From Cyanophyceae cyanobacterium (GTDB lineage: Bacteria > Cyanobacteriota > Cyanobacteriia > Cyanobacteriales > Laspinemataceae): a stretch of DNA of 64,000 nt. Location: NCBI GenBank assembly GCA_038321985.1, contig JBBQFN010000001.1, positions 64,001-128,000 of the forward strand. Direction: 5' to 3'. The position numbers and the translations under genes are program-made. The notes under the pieces are model-generated. The model saw nothing but the letters and a program-made list of their open reading frames with translations, was not told where the DNA came from and did not search any database. The stretch's first letter is position 1, and every line of letters starts with the position of its first letter. Positions 30,701 to 38,393 of this stretch are shown in pieces.

Positions 30701-30728
30701 AAGGGTTCAAAGATTGATTCACGTCCAT
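24732..30728 (-). CDS. Large TPR/glycosyltransferase protein: three TPR+GT9-like modules and a C-terminal GT4-like domain (1998 aa)
   Basis: Three copies each of EYEWRW, EQGLGD, DL[VI]ITVDT..AHLAGA.GKP and DSPWYPT, each preceded by TPRs; C-terminal GGKLEYRKGQD and RCEGGTNLVAMETMACGIP. Confidence 0.9.
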   Translation of the reverse strand: MDVNQSLNPYSQFSVSQCLEMARQQCESSNFTAAQSLCQEILHREPGNIHALHLLGTIAAQQGDNLGAIDWYQQGLKVQPDVPELHYNLANILKLEGQESEAVAHYQEAISLRPHYTNARYNLGNLLLEVRRVPEAIAQYQQAVALKPGDVQIHTNLGNALKDVGELEAAIAHYRQAVAHCPEAAEFHYNLGVALHDSGDLAEAIACYDRAIAIEPHKVNFHWNRALSLLISGDYRRGFTEYEWRWQLGDRKPRPFTQPLWDGSPLTGHTILLHSEQGLGDTLQFIRYIPLVAAEGVRVILECYPPLFPLLEHLQGVDQLVVRDQPLPAFDVHAPLMSLPRILGTTLDKIPSETPYLMHPPHPSRLGLQEQSQQALVKSGLLPTMTSNRINSKLFQIGIVWAANSDNPTAIKRSCPLSYFLQLLESLQTTDIKFYSLQKGSLELNSINPPIPIKDLSPQLNHFGDTAQFMAELDLVITVDTAVAHLAGALGKPAWVLLPFAPDWRWLLNRVDSPWYPTVRLFRQNKPGDWQSVFEGVKQALIEELGLTESPVKIPQEVSSQIAQGIAAHQGGNLTKAERLYRQVLEANPYHPIALTNWGMLLKTQGKCAEAITCYQKALPYAPQEVGLHYNLGNALWEVGKCEAAIAHFQRVIVLQPNHVEGYNNLGMVWQELGRIEEVIAHFERAVALDPNYAKGYNNLGLALQDMGRVFEAIACYETALRLEPDYSEAHNNRGIALLIQGDLRQGFREYEWRWRVKAAPDLPNIPAPFWDGSDLQGKTILLHAEQGLGDCIQFIRYAALLAQRGGRVVALVTEPLVSLFESVPGIARVSAFRSKLGPIDVWIPLLSLPHILGTTLATLPANIPYLSPTRLAPVRLDAPGLKVGIVWAGNPEHKGDRTRSCPLRYFLPLLEIPGVKWYSLQKGKEESRIRQENLPIEDLAPKLRDVADTAAIIAQLDLVITVDTSVAHLAGALGKPVWVALSYAPDWRWMRDRSDSPWYPTMRLFRQQERGDWQGVFDRVAESLAEVLAARVVFPEPPTNSPDFALARQEYEAGNYGAAQRRCRVLLRHYPNQVQGWQLLGAIAHQGGKINTAVGYYKQAIVADSRHLPAYINLGAALRSLGKTSEAISYLAQAIAVDPQSLPAHYNLGNALFDEGNFQAAVAHYRQVLALDSHHSQAHYHLGNALYKLGNFGEAIAHIQQAIALEPTHTEAHNTLGNLLLQEGRIAEAIACFQQALTLDSQYIAAHINLGTAFQEQHKTETAIATYHHALQIQPDFPDTHFNLAMSLLISGDLPGGFAEYEWRWRVKGHPALPTFEVPIWEGADLTGKTLLLYAEQGLGDTLQFIRYATLIVQRGIRAVAWVSPPLVRVLETIPAIDSVSSSLADLGPFDSWVPVMSLPRIFRTTLTTIPAEIPYITPPHPLQFSLKSHQLKVGIVWAGNPNHKSDRKRSCQLSDFQKFLTVPGVQFYSLQKGKTAETLPQNNFPIEDLGPQLNDFADTATAVAQLDLIITVDTSIAHLAGAMGKPTWLLLAYTPDWRWLLDRSDSPWYPTMHLFRHTQPGDWQEVGDRIAIALRDRVNSRSIPPLAMRNLPEPVPTVPKPTQNPLRLGIAWPLNQMTGWGIYGTNLTLQLQKNPGYQPMLLLPPDTTGVVNPLVRSQLQPACDRYQSLEQLRSKNPGKPIWCDFPVLHALGNNFTSLATNQQLGGKQNIGLIFFEDTHFTPEKRNRANEYTLIVAGSTWNAEVLKSQGVARVQALPQGIDPTLFHPAPHSNLFGDRFVIFSGGKLEYRKGQDIVIAAFKAFQQRHPEALLLTAWHNFWPQFMLGLDSKGHVKGLPQVGTDKGLKIGEWLIANGLNADSFIDIGAIPNYLMPQIIREADCALFTNRCEGGTNLVAMETMACGIPAILSANTGHLDLIDPSHCYPLTMQNSVQSTPHFTGVEGWGESDIEEIVETLEILYQNRERAQQRGRAAAQFMQKWTWENQVYRLLNVLSEIL

Positions 30729-30765
30729 TGTTTAACGGTAATCGGGGGAAGGGGACAACCAGAAC

Positions 30766-31749
30766 TTATGCCAACAGACAAGCCACGGGAAACATGATAT
30801 ATTCTAAGAAAAAAAGTTTCCAAATAAATTGATAACAAGCCGCGATCGCCACCTTGTCTTCTAAATCCACATCGCGACTGCGCCACCATAACCCTAGCAA
30901 TGCTACTCCATGGGCGATCGCCAAGACTATCGGGTTGACTTGAGGCACCCATAAAAACGCGCCTACACTGGTGACAAGATAACAGCCCACTATTACCCAT
31001 CGTGCTAACTCAAAGACGGTCCTCGCCCCTAAACGCAGGGTCAAGGTGCTAATTTGATAGCGCCGATCGCCTTCTATATCGGGAATATCTTTAAAAATGG
31101 CGATCGCAAACGTAAACCCCAATACAAATAAAGTTAGCGCCCATACCGAGGGCGGAATCATCAAACTGCCATCCCCCTGCATCACCCTTTGATAATGTAA
31201 AAATAAGCCTAAATTAACAATAATGCCGCGCACGGTAAAAATGCAAAAAGAAGCCCAAAATGGAAAGCGTTTAAGGCGGATTGGCGGCAATGAGTAAGCC
31301 GTTCCTAACATCAAACTAATTCCCACGGTTGCCAACAACCACGGTCCTTGAATCCCCGCTAACCCTACGGCTAAAAGTCCGGTAATCCCGACAATAACTT
31401 GCCCTTGTTTGCGGGAAAATTCTCCCGAAGCTACCGGCAAATCCGGCTTATTAATTTGGTCAATTTCAATATCTTCCAGTTGGTTCAGTCCGACAATATA
31501 AACATTCCCACACAAACAGGTAAACCAGGTTCCCAATAAGGGCAACAGAGTTTTAACCGTGAGGGACTCCCCAGAGAATGCTAACGCGATCGCAAATAAT
31601 CCGATGGCACTCAAACTGGTCCCGATAATCGTATGAGGACGACTAAATTTCCAGAATGAATAAAGCCAGGGGGCATACTTTTGGACCCTATTCGGAGGAG
31701 AAGATTGAGGCACCACCGGGGGAGAGGGAGAGGGAGAAAGTTGACTCAT
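30766..31749 (-). CDS. hpt: Homogentisate phytyltransferase (UbiA family, tocopherol synthesis)
   Basis: FSRPHTIIGT, GLNQLEDIEIDQINKP, AYSLPPIRLKRFP, FKDIPDIEGD, YQFIWKLFFLEY; likely ATG 31749. Confidence 0.93.
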   Translation of the reverse strand: MSQLSPSPSPPVVPQSSPPNRVQKYAPWLYSFWKFSRPHTIIGTSLSAIGLFAIALAFSGESLTVKTLLPLLGTWFTCLCGNVYIVGLNQLEDIEIDQINKPDLPVASGEFSRKQGQVIVGITGLLAVGLAGIQGPWLLATVGISLMLGTAYSLPPIRLKRFPFWASFCIFTVRGIIVNLGLFLHYQRVMQGDGSLMIPPSVWALTLFVLGFTFAIAIFKDIPDIEGDRRYQISTLTLRLGARTVFELARWVIVGCYLVTSVGAFLWVPQVNPIVLAIAHGVALLGLWWRSRDVDLEDKVAIAACYQFIWKLFFLEYIMFPVACLLA

Positions 31750-31797
31750 AATCTCACTAAAATTACACTCTAACAACCACAAAAAACAGAAATAAAT

Positions 31798-32709
31798 TTA
31801 GGATTTCGTTCCACAAACCAACCCATAGCGAATTAACCCTTGCTGATATCCATCGCGCATGAGTCCGAGAGCAAACGCCCCTTGAATGGTTTGCCAACCG
31901 GAGAATAATAATCGGAGTAGAACCGCAGGGTCAAAGGCAGAATCAATGACTAAATCCCAAAACGGGGCCACCGCTTCGGACCAATCGGCAACCTGAATCC
32001 CTTGAAACCCAATTTCTCGGGCAATTGTCTCATATTCCGGCAAAGAAATCACATAAGGCAAGCAATAAACCTTATAAATTTCCATTAATTGATGTCGTTC
32101 GCGATCGCTTAAGGGTTCTGCCGGAGGCGCAACGGGACGATGACACCAGGTTGCCATCATCAACGCCCCTCCTGGGGCAAGTACCCGATAGCATTCTTGT
32201 AAAAACTTCTTTTTATCCGGCATATGTTCGCCACTTTCCAGGGTCCAAACCAGATCAAAGGAATTATCTGCAAAGGGCAATTCTAGGGCATTTGCCACCC
32301 GAAACTCGGCCCGTGGACCCGAGGTCAACTCCCCCCCTGACGGTACTGAGGATACAGAAATTCCGGCTTCTCGCGCTCGTTCCGTAGCCCGCGCTGCCTG
32401 AACTGGACTTAATGTAATTCCCGTGGCGGCTGCATTAAATTTTTGTGCTAAGTATAAAGAGCTACCACCGATACCACAACCGACATCTAAAATTGTGGAA
32501 ACTTTGCCCGTAAGTTCCATTGACAACTGCGCCGATGTCCAAGCCAGGAGTTCTTCAATCAAATCAATCTGTGCCTGTCGTCGATCCAAGGCGCGATCGC
32601 CCCTTGGCCCATAATAACCGTGATGCATATGTTCCCCCCAAACCTGTTCCCATAATCCGGAGGAAGCATCGTAAAACTGCTGAATTTGCTCGTACAAGTT
32701 GCTCGTCAT
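31798..32709 (-). CDS. vte4: Gamma-tocopherol methyltransferase
   Basis: FYDASSGLWEQVWGEHMHHGYY, ILDVGCGIGGS, ESGEHMPDK, ATWCHR; adjacent to hpt; likely ATG 32709. Confidence 0.9.
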   Translation of the reverse strand: MTSNLYEQIQQFYDASSGLWEQVWGEHMHHGYYGPRGDRALDRRQAQIDLIEELLAWTSAQLSMELTGKVSTILDVGCGIGGSSLYLAQKFNAAATGITLSPVQAARATERAREAGISVSSVPSGGELTSGPRAEFRVANALELPFADNSFDLVWTLESGEHMPDKKKFLQECYRVLAPGGALMMATWCHRPVAPPAEPLSDRERHQLMEIYKVYCLPYVISLPEYETIAREIGFQGIQVADWSEAVAPFWDLVIDSAFDPAVLLRLLFSGWQTIQGAFALGLMRDGYQQGLIRYGLVCGTKS

Positions 32710-32804
32710 AATGGCGGTTAAACACTCAGAAGCCGTCTGGCTAGAATAAAGCACCCCCTATTGTAAACGATAGTGAACCCATTGGAGAAATCGACCTTAT
32801 GTAA

Positions 32805-33467
32805 GTGAAACCTTTTCCCCTTAGCGGGGATTTCTCAAAAACTAAAGTGACTTATCAGATTTTTGGGAGATATATTATTCTGATTTTTCTCTGTGTCTGT
32901 GCGGCGCTTCTAATATATTTTAATGGGGTGAAGTGAGTGAAGGACACATCAGCACAGGTAGAGGCGATCCGCCTTTCCCTGGATGAAGTAGAAGAGTTAG
33001 CGTATCGCATTATCGCGATACAACGCGCAGCCCGGGCTTATATTATTTCTAGAAAACCCGATCAATTAAAAGCCTAGGAAACCTGGGATAATATCTTTTA
33101 TCAAGACTCAGAAAAATTGCCCTATTTAATTCAAAATCCGGCCCACTGAAAAACTTTAAAACAAATTATTGAACTGGGCGATCGCGTTAATGAATTTGAC
33201 CGCCGACTCATTTCTTATTTTGACCCCTATCCCTAGAAGAGCTTTTCTGAGTGGATTAGCGCCCAGTTTGCCCGTTGGCAGATACTTGATCCGCAAAACG
33301 TATCCCACGAAGTATTTCTCACCGGATTAGCCCGACAACTCGCCAAACAACTGGGTCAGACCCCACCCAGCCTCATTCTTCGGGATGAACACTTAAATTT
33401 TGACACCTTTGACCCCAGGGAACCCGACGCCTACCTACAAGCCCCGATCCAAAAACATGGATTTTAA
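32805..33467 (+). pseudogene. Decayed chimeric gene: TM+CHASE3-like N-terminus joined in frame to a CynA/NrtA/CmpA-like C-terminus
   Basis: One 221-codon frame with four internal stops; IQRAARAYII...LIQNPAH*KTL (CHASE3-like) then FDPYP*KSFSEWISAQFARW...FLTGLARQLAKQLGQTPP...FDTFDP. Confidence 0.7.
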
Positions 33468-33662
33468 ATCGGGTTGGGAAAAATACTCCGGATCTACCGA
33501 TTTAGATTAATAATAGGGAAGCCCCAGGGAATGGCATTCGTGGGGTCATTGTGACGTGGGTTCAAAATAGGCCAGAGAAAAAAATAGTCGTAGCCTCCCT
33601 CCAACTTGAGATCAGATCGACACTTACCCCTAAAATCAAAACAATCTAACCTCAAAAATATC

Positions 33663-34997
33663 ATGACTGTTGCTAGAACGATTTGTCTGGGCTTTCTAGT
33701 GATGATTGCGATCGGCACATTCCTGCTGTTGCTGCCTGTCTCCACCAGTAACGGGACCTGGAACAATTTCGTCACTGCTTTGTTTACCGCCACCTCCGCT
33801 ATCTGCGTCACGGGCTTAATCGTTGTCGATACCGGCACCCATTATTCGGGACTGGGCGAGTTTTTCATTATCTTGTTGATCCAGCTGGGGGGGCTCGGTT
33901 ACATGACAGCCACCACCTTTCTGCTGCTAATCCTGGGACGGCGTCTGGGATTGCGAGACCGAGTAGCGATTCAACAATCCTTAGATACCGCAGAGATGTC
34001 CGGGGTTGTCCCTTTAGTGCAATCTATTATTGCCATGACCTTAGTCTTTGAACTGACCGGGGTATTTGTACTCTTGTTAATCTTCCTCCCAGACTACAGC
34101 TTTAAAGAGAGTCTATGGCTTTCAATTTTTCATAGCGTTAGCGCCTTTAACAATGCTGGCTTTAGTTTGTTTGTGGATAATTTAATGGGCTATGCCGGCT
34201 CAATTCCCATGAATTTAATTATCACCTTCTTGGTGATTTTTGGGGGAATTGGCTATCAAGTCATCATGGAGATGTATATATGGGCGCGCGATCGCATTTC
34301 CAAAAATCCCGAACGGGTCGTATTTTCCCTTCATTTTAAAATCGTCACCAGTACAACTCTATTTTTGCTAATTTTGGGGACAATCGCCTTTTTCTTTACC
34401 GAATCTCTCAATCCCGAAACCCTTGAAAATGTGGGCTTCCTGGAACAGTTGCTTAGTGCCTGGTTTCAGTCAGTCATCAGTCGTACCGCCGGATTTAACA
34501 CCATCGATATTGGTAAAATGACCACAGCGGGCCTATTTATTATGATTGCCCTCATGTTTATCGGGGCCTCTCCAGGCAGTACCGGAGGCGGCATCAAAAC
34601 CACCACGGTCCGTATCTTGACCAGCTGCACCCGTTCCGTACTTCAGGGACGTGACCAGGTTCTTTGCTTCCAACGCCAAATTCCCGGAGAACTGATTTTA
34701 AAAGCCGTTGCCGTCGTCCTCAGTTCCCTCGGTGTGGTTGTTGTCGCCACCATTTTGCTGGCGATCACTGACCCCAAAATGGAGTTTATCCAGCTTCTTT
34801 TTGAAGTCGTCTCCGCCTTTGGCACTGTGGGTTTATCCATGGGAATCAGCGCAAATCTCTCCACCCTCGGCCAACTGGTTGTGGTCATTACCATGTATGT
34901 AGGGAGGGTTGGAATGGTGATGCTGATGAGTGCTATCATAGGAGATCCCAAACCGATGAACATCCGCTATCCCGAAGAAAACCTGTTAATAGGATAA
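33663..34997 (+). CDS. ktrB: Ktr/Trk potassium uptake membrane subunit
   Basis: ALFTATSAICVTGL, FHSVSAFNNAGF, SRTAGFN, GASPGSTGGGIKTTT, FEVVSAFGTVGLS; ATG at 33663. Confidence 0.95.
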   Translation: MTVARTICLGFLVMIAIGTFLLLLPVSTSNGTWNNFVTALFTATSAICVTGLIVVDTGTHYSGLGEFFIILLIQLGGLGYMTATTFLLLILGRRLGLRDRVAIQQSLDTAEMSGVVPLVQSIIAMTLVFELTGVFVLLLIFLPDYSFKESLWLSIFHSVSAFNNAGFSLFVDNLMGYAGSIPMNLIITFLVIFGGIGYQVIMEMYIWARDRISKNPERVVFSLHFKIVTSTTLFLLILGTIAFFFTESLNPETLENVGFLEQLLSAWFQSVISRTAGFNTIDIGKMTTAGLFIMIALMFIGASPGSTGGGIKTTTVRILTSCTRSVLQGRDQVLCFQRQIPGELILKAVAVVLSSLGVVVVATILLAITDPKMEFIQLLFEVVSAFGTVGLSMGISANLSTLGQLVVVITMYVGRVGMVMLMSAIIGDPKPMNIRYPEENLLIG

Positions 34998-35273
34998 GGA
35001 ATAAGGAGGGGGGAGGAGGGGGGAGGATGGGAAGACGGAAGAGAGTTGATGTTTGCGCCTTAATTCTTGATTCTTCATCCTTGCTTAAATCTAAATCTCT
35101 CCAGAAAGTTGGTACTATAAAAAAAGCAAATTATGCTCTTGTCGTCAAAACCTCTCAGCTAAGGGGCTGCAATGAATTTCCAACTTTGGAATTCACCAAG
35201 CAGTTGGCGGCAGCAAGGAGATGGCACTCCCCGTGACATCTGAATCCATTGATTCCAAGTAAAGGTATCTGGT

Positions 35274-35969
35274 GTGAATCTATCCTCTCTGAATTTCTTT
35301 CGCAATCTGCGTTCTGAGAATAAGCAATTTGCCGTGATCGGGTTAGGGCGGTTCGGTCGCGCCGTCTGTGATACCTTACATGGATTGGGGTATGAAGTGC
35401 TCGCCATTGACGTAGACGAAAAAAAAGTAACCGAAGTAATCAGCGAACAAATTGCCGCACACGCATTGCAACTGGACACCACTGAACCTGCCGCCATTGA
35501 ACAGGCAGGAATGAAAGATTTCGATACAGTGATTGTGGCGATCGGTAATTTCTTAGCCCAGAGTGTCATTACAACACTCAACCTCAAAGAAGCTGGAGTA
35601 AAGCACGTCGTTGCTAAGGCTTCTTCTGAAATTCATATGAAACTGCTTAAAAAAGTGGGGGCTGATCATGTCGTGTTTCCCGAACGGGAGATGGGTTGTG
35701 CATTGGCACGCACAATTACGACTCCAAGTATCCTCGATCGCTTTGAACTGGACCCAGAACATAGCATCGTAGAAACCATCGTACCCCCCAACTTTCACGG
35801 CAAAACCATTGCTGAGCTCGAACTTCGCAATCGCTACGGTTTAAACATTTTAGCCGTCAGCCAAGATGAAAAATTTGAGATCAATCCCCCCGCAAACCGA
35901 CGACTGCTAGGGGGAACAGTAATGGTAGTGATTGGCTCAAATAAGGCGATTGAGCGGTTGAGGCCATGA
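35274..35969 (+). CDS. ktrA: Ktr/Trk potassium uptake NAD-binding (RCK) subunit
   Basis: FAVIGLGRFG, LLKKVGADHVVFPEREMG, C-terminal RCK_C domain; follows ktrB. Confidence 0.95.
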   Translation: MNLSSLNFFRNLRSENKQFAVIGLGRFGRAVCDTLHGLGYEVLAIDVDEKKVTEVISEQIAAHALQLDTTEPAAIEQAGMKDFDTVIVAIGNFLAQSVITTLNLKEAGVKHVVAKASSEIHMKLLKKVGADHVVFPEREMGCALARTITTPSILDRFELDPEHSIVETIVPPNFHGKTIAELELRNRYGLNILAVSQDEKFEINPPANRRLLGGTVMVVIGSNKAIERLRP

Positions 35970-36031
35970 TCCAAGCGAAACTGCGAGGAAGGGGTAGTAG
36001 ATTCGGGGTCTAGAACCTCAAAGCAACCCTT

Positions 36032-36058
36032 GTAGAGACGCGAAATTTCACGTCTCTA
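36032..36058. repeat. Short palindromic dispersed repeat (GTAGAGACG...CGTCTCTA type)
   Basis: GTAGAGACGCGAAATTTCACGTCTCTA. Confidence 0.6.
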
Positions 36059-36140
36059 TCAGGAGTTAGGAATATTCCAGGCTTAGAGTTGAGAAACTAA
36101 AATATACTTAGACCTGAGTAGTTATCAAAAAATTATCATT

Positions 36141-36734
36141 ATGTTAGGTAAATTTTTTAAAAAACCCTCTGCCGAACTTGGCGATCGCGTTCCTCCCGGA
36201 CAACATCTCGCTACAGGTTTTCCCGTCCTCACCTATGGCGATACCCCGAAAATTTCCCGCGATCGCTATTCTGTGAAAGTGTGGGGTTTAGTGGAATCCA
36301 AAACCTTTACCTGGGATGACCTGATGGCAATGCCCCAACAGGAGTTTACCGCCGATTTCCATTGTGTCACCCGCTGGTCTAAACTCGATGTCAAGTGGAC
36401 CGGAATCAAAGTCCTAGATTTCATGAAACATCTAGCGGTTGATCCTAAAGCTACTTGCATCATGGAACATTGCTATGGAGACTATACCACCAACATTTCC
36501 CTAGAGGATTTTCTCCGGGAAGAAAACTTTTTCGCCCATACCCTATTTGGCGAACCCCTCAGTGCCGAACATGGAGGCCCCCTGCGTCTCGTCGTACCTC
36601 ACCTTTACGCGTGGAAAAGTGCCAAATGGATTAATGGTTTAGAATTTTTAGAAGAAGAAGCATCAGGATTTTGGGAACGCAACGGTTACCATCGCCGAGG
36701 AGAACCTTGGGCGGAAGAACGCTATAGTTACTAA
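36141..36734 (+). CDS. Sulfite oxidase-like molybdopterin-dependent oxidoreductase
   Basis: RVPPGQ, ADFHCVTRWSK, EHGGPLRLVVPHLYAWKSAKW, GFWERNGYH. Confidence 0.9.
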   Translation: MLGKFFKKPSAELGDRVPPGQHLATGFPVLTYGDTPKISRDRYSVKVWGLVESKTFTWDDLMAMPQQEFTADFHCVTRWSKLDVKWTGIKVLDFMKHLAVDPKATCIMEHCYGDYTTNISLEDFLREENFFAHTLFGEPLSAEHGGPLRLVVPHLYAWKSAKWINGLEFLEEEASGFWERNGYHRRGEPWAEERYSY

Positions 36735-36790
36735 GTTTGGTGTCACGACTTTAAAGGAACTTGTAAACGACTGAAGTCGTGACCCCAAAC
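36735..36790. repeat. REP-like inverted repeat between convergent genes
   Basis: GTTTGGTGTCACGACTT ... AAGTCGTGACCCCAAAC, with an inner ACGACTGAAGTCGT core. Confidence 0.65.
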
Positions 36791-36850
36791 AGTAAGAAAC
36801 GACTTCAGCTATTTCGGATGTTTGCTCTTGGTGCAAATTGTTAGATTTTC

Positions 36851-38230
36851 CTACCCCCCAATCAAACGTTTAATGAAATCTAACTTATTTTTATAAGGCG
36901 GGTAGCGAAAATCTATATCAAAGCGGAAAGATTTTTCTAACACACTTTTCTGGTGAGAAAAAGTATCAAAGGTTGCTTTGCCGTGATAACAACCTGTGCC
37001 ACTGGTTCCCACCCCACCAAAGGGTAATTCAGAAACTCCGATATGCAGGATAGTATCGTTGAAACAAACCCCACCGGAAGAGGTTTCTTTAAGGACTCGT
37101 TGCTGTTTTTGTTTATCTTTAGAGAAGAGATAAAGGGCGAGGGGTTTGGGTCGTTGGTTGACCACTGCGATCGCCTCCTCTAATTTATCGTATTCGACAA
37201 CGGGCAAAATTGGCCCAAAGATTTCCTCTTGCATAATTGGAGAATTGAGGGACACACCATCGAGAAGGGTTGGCGCAATATAGCGATCGCCTGGATCAGT
37301 TTGGCCCCCTACAATAATTTCTCCCTCCTGGAGTAAATCCCGCAGGCGATCGAATTGTTTGTCACTAATAATCCGGGCATAGTCGGGATTATTCTGGGGA
37401 TTTTTACCATAAAATTCGGTGATGGTGCGCTCAATACCCGCTAATAAATCCGGTTTAATTCTGCGATTGACCAATAAATAATCGGGCGCAATACAGGTTT
37501 GACCGGCATTAATGAATTTACCCCAAACAATCCGCTTGCAAGCCGTAGGCAAGTCAATATCAGACTCGACAATACAAGGACTTTTACCGCCTAGTTCCAG
37601 GGTAACGGGTGTGAGATGTTTCGCCGCAGCTTCCATGACAATTTTCCCAATTTGGGTACTGCCTGTAAAAAAGATATGGTCAAATTTCTGGGCTAATAAA
37701 TCTTGGGAAACTTCCACCCCACCTTCGAGGAGGGCAATATAACTCGGGTCAAAGGTTTTACGGATTAAATCGGCTAACAATGCCGAGGTATGAAGAGAAA
37801 TTTCTGAGGGTTTGAGGATGACACAGTTACCGGCTGCGATCGCGCCAATTAAGGGGGAAATTGTTAGTTGAAAAGGGTAATTCCAAGGGCTGACAATTAA
37901 TACCACGCCTAACGGATCGGAATAAATTCGCGCCGCACTTGGGAATTGGTCCAGGGGACGGGCGACGGTTTTAGGTTTGACCCAAGATTTGATATGTTTG
38001 AGAGCATAATCGATTTCTTTCTTAACCCCAATTTCCAATAAGTACGCTTCAAGTTCGGGTTTTTTGAGGTCTTTGTAAAGAGCTTCTGCAACCCGTTCTT
38101 TGTTATCAATAACGGCTTGTTTTAGTCGTTGTAGTTGTTCGATGCGAAAGCCAATATCTTTGGTTTTACCTGTGGCAAAGAATTGGCGCTGGGCCTCCAT
38201 CAGGTCACTAATGCGGGATGTGGTAAGCAT
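36851..38230 (-). CDS. Aldehyde dehydrogenase (ALDH3/fatty aldehyde dehydrogenase type)
   Basis: SPWNYP, FFTGS, TLELGGKSP, NAGQTCIAPDY (catalytic Cys), EEIFGP, PFGGVG. Confidence 0.95.
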   Translation of the reverse strand: MLTTSRISDLMEAQRQFFATGKTKDIGFRIEQLQRLKQAVIDNKERVAEALYKDLKKPELEAYLLEIGVKKEIDYALKHIKSWVKPKTVARPLDQFPSAARIYSDPLGVVLIVSPWNYPFQLTISPLIGAIAAGNCVILKPSEISLHTSALLADLIRKTFDPSYIALLEGGVEVSQDLLAQKFDHIFFTGSTQIGKIVMEAAAKHLTPVTLELGGKSPCIVESDIDLPTACKRIVWGKFINAGQTCIAPDYLLVNRRIKPDLLAGIERTITEFYGKNPQNNPDYARIISDKQFDRLRDLLQEGEIIVGGQTDPGDRYIAPTLLDGVSLNSPIMQEEIFGPILPVVEYDKLEEAIAVVNQRPKPLALYLFSKDKQKQQRVLKETSSGGVCFNDTILHIGVSELPFGGVGTSGTGCYHGKATFDTFSHQKSVLEKSFRFDIDFRYPPYKNKLDFIKRLIGG

Positions 38231-38393
38231 GAACGGTATCCTTATTTAATGGTAGAGGTGAACCCAGGGCGATCGCCCCACTTCTATTGTAGAGACTGTT
38301 CCCAAATTCCATCCCCTCGGAGCAAAATTCGGTTATGAAATCAACTCTAGGGACAGACTCCCCTATCTTTGCCTAGTACCTGCCTGGGGAGAG

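Noticed and set aside
33470..33662. c-di-AMP (ydaO) riboswitch upstream of ktrB
   Set aside because: Could not find the GCUGAAUCC/GGUACGGAGGAA consensus elements.
35005..35030. G-rich GGAGGGG(G) repeats between ktrB and ktrA
   Set aside because: Short low-complexity tandem repeat common in filamentous cyanobacteria; no evidence for a specific function.
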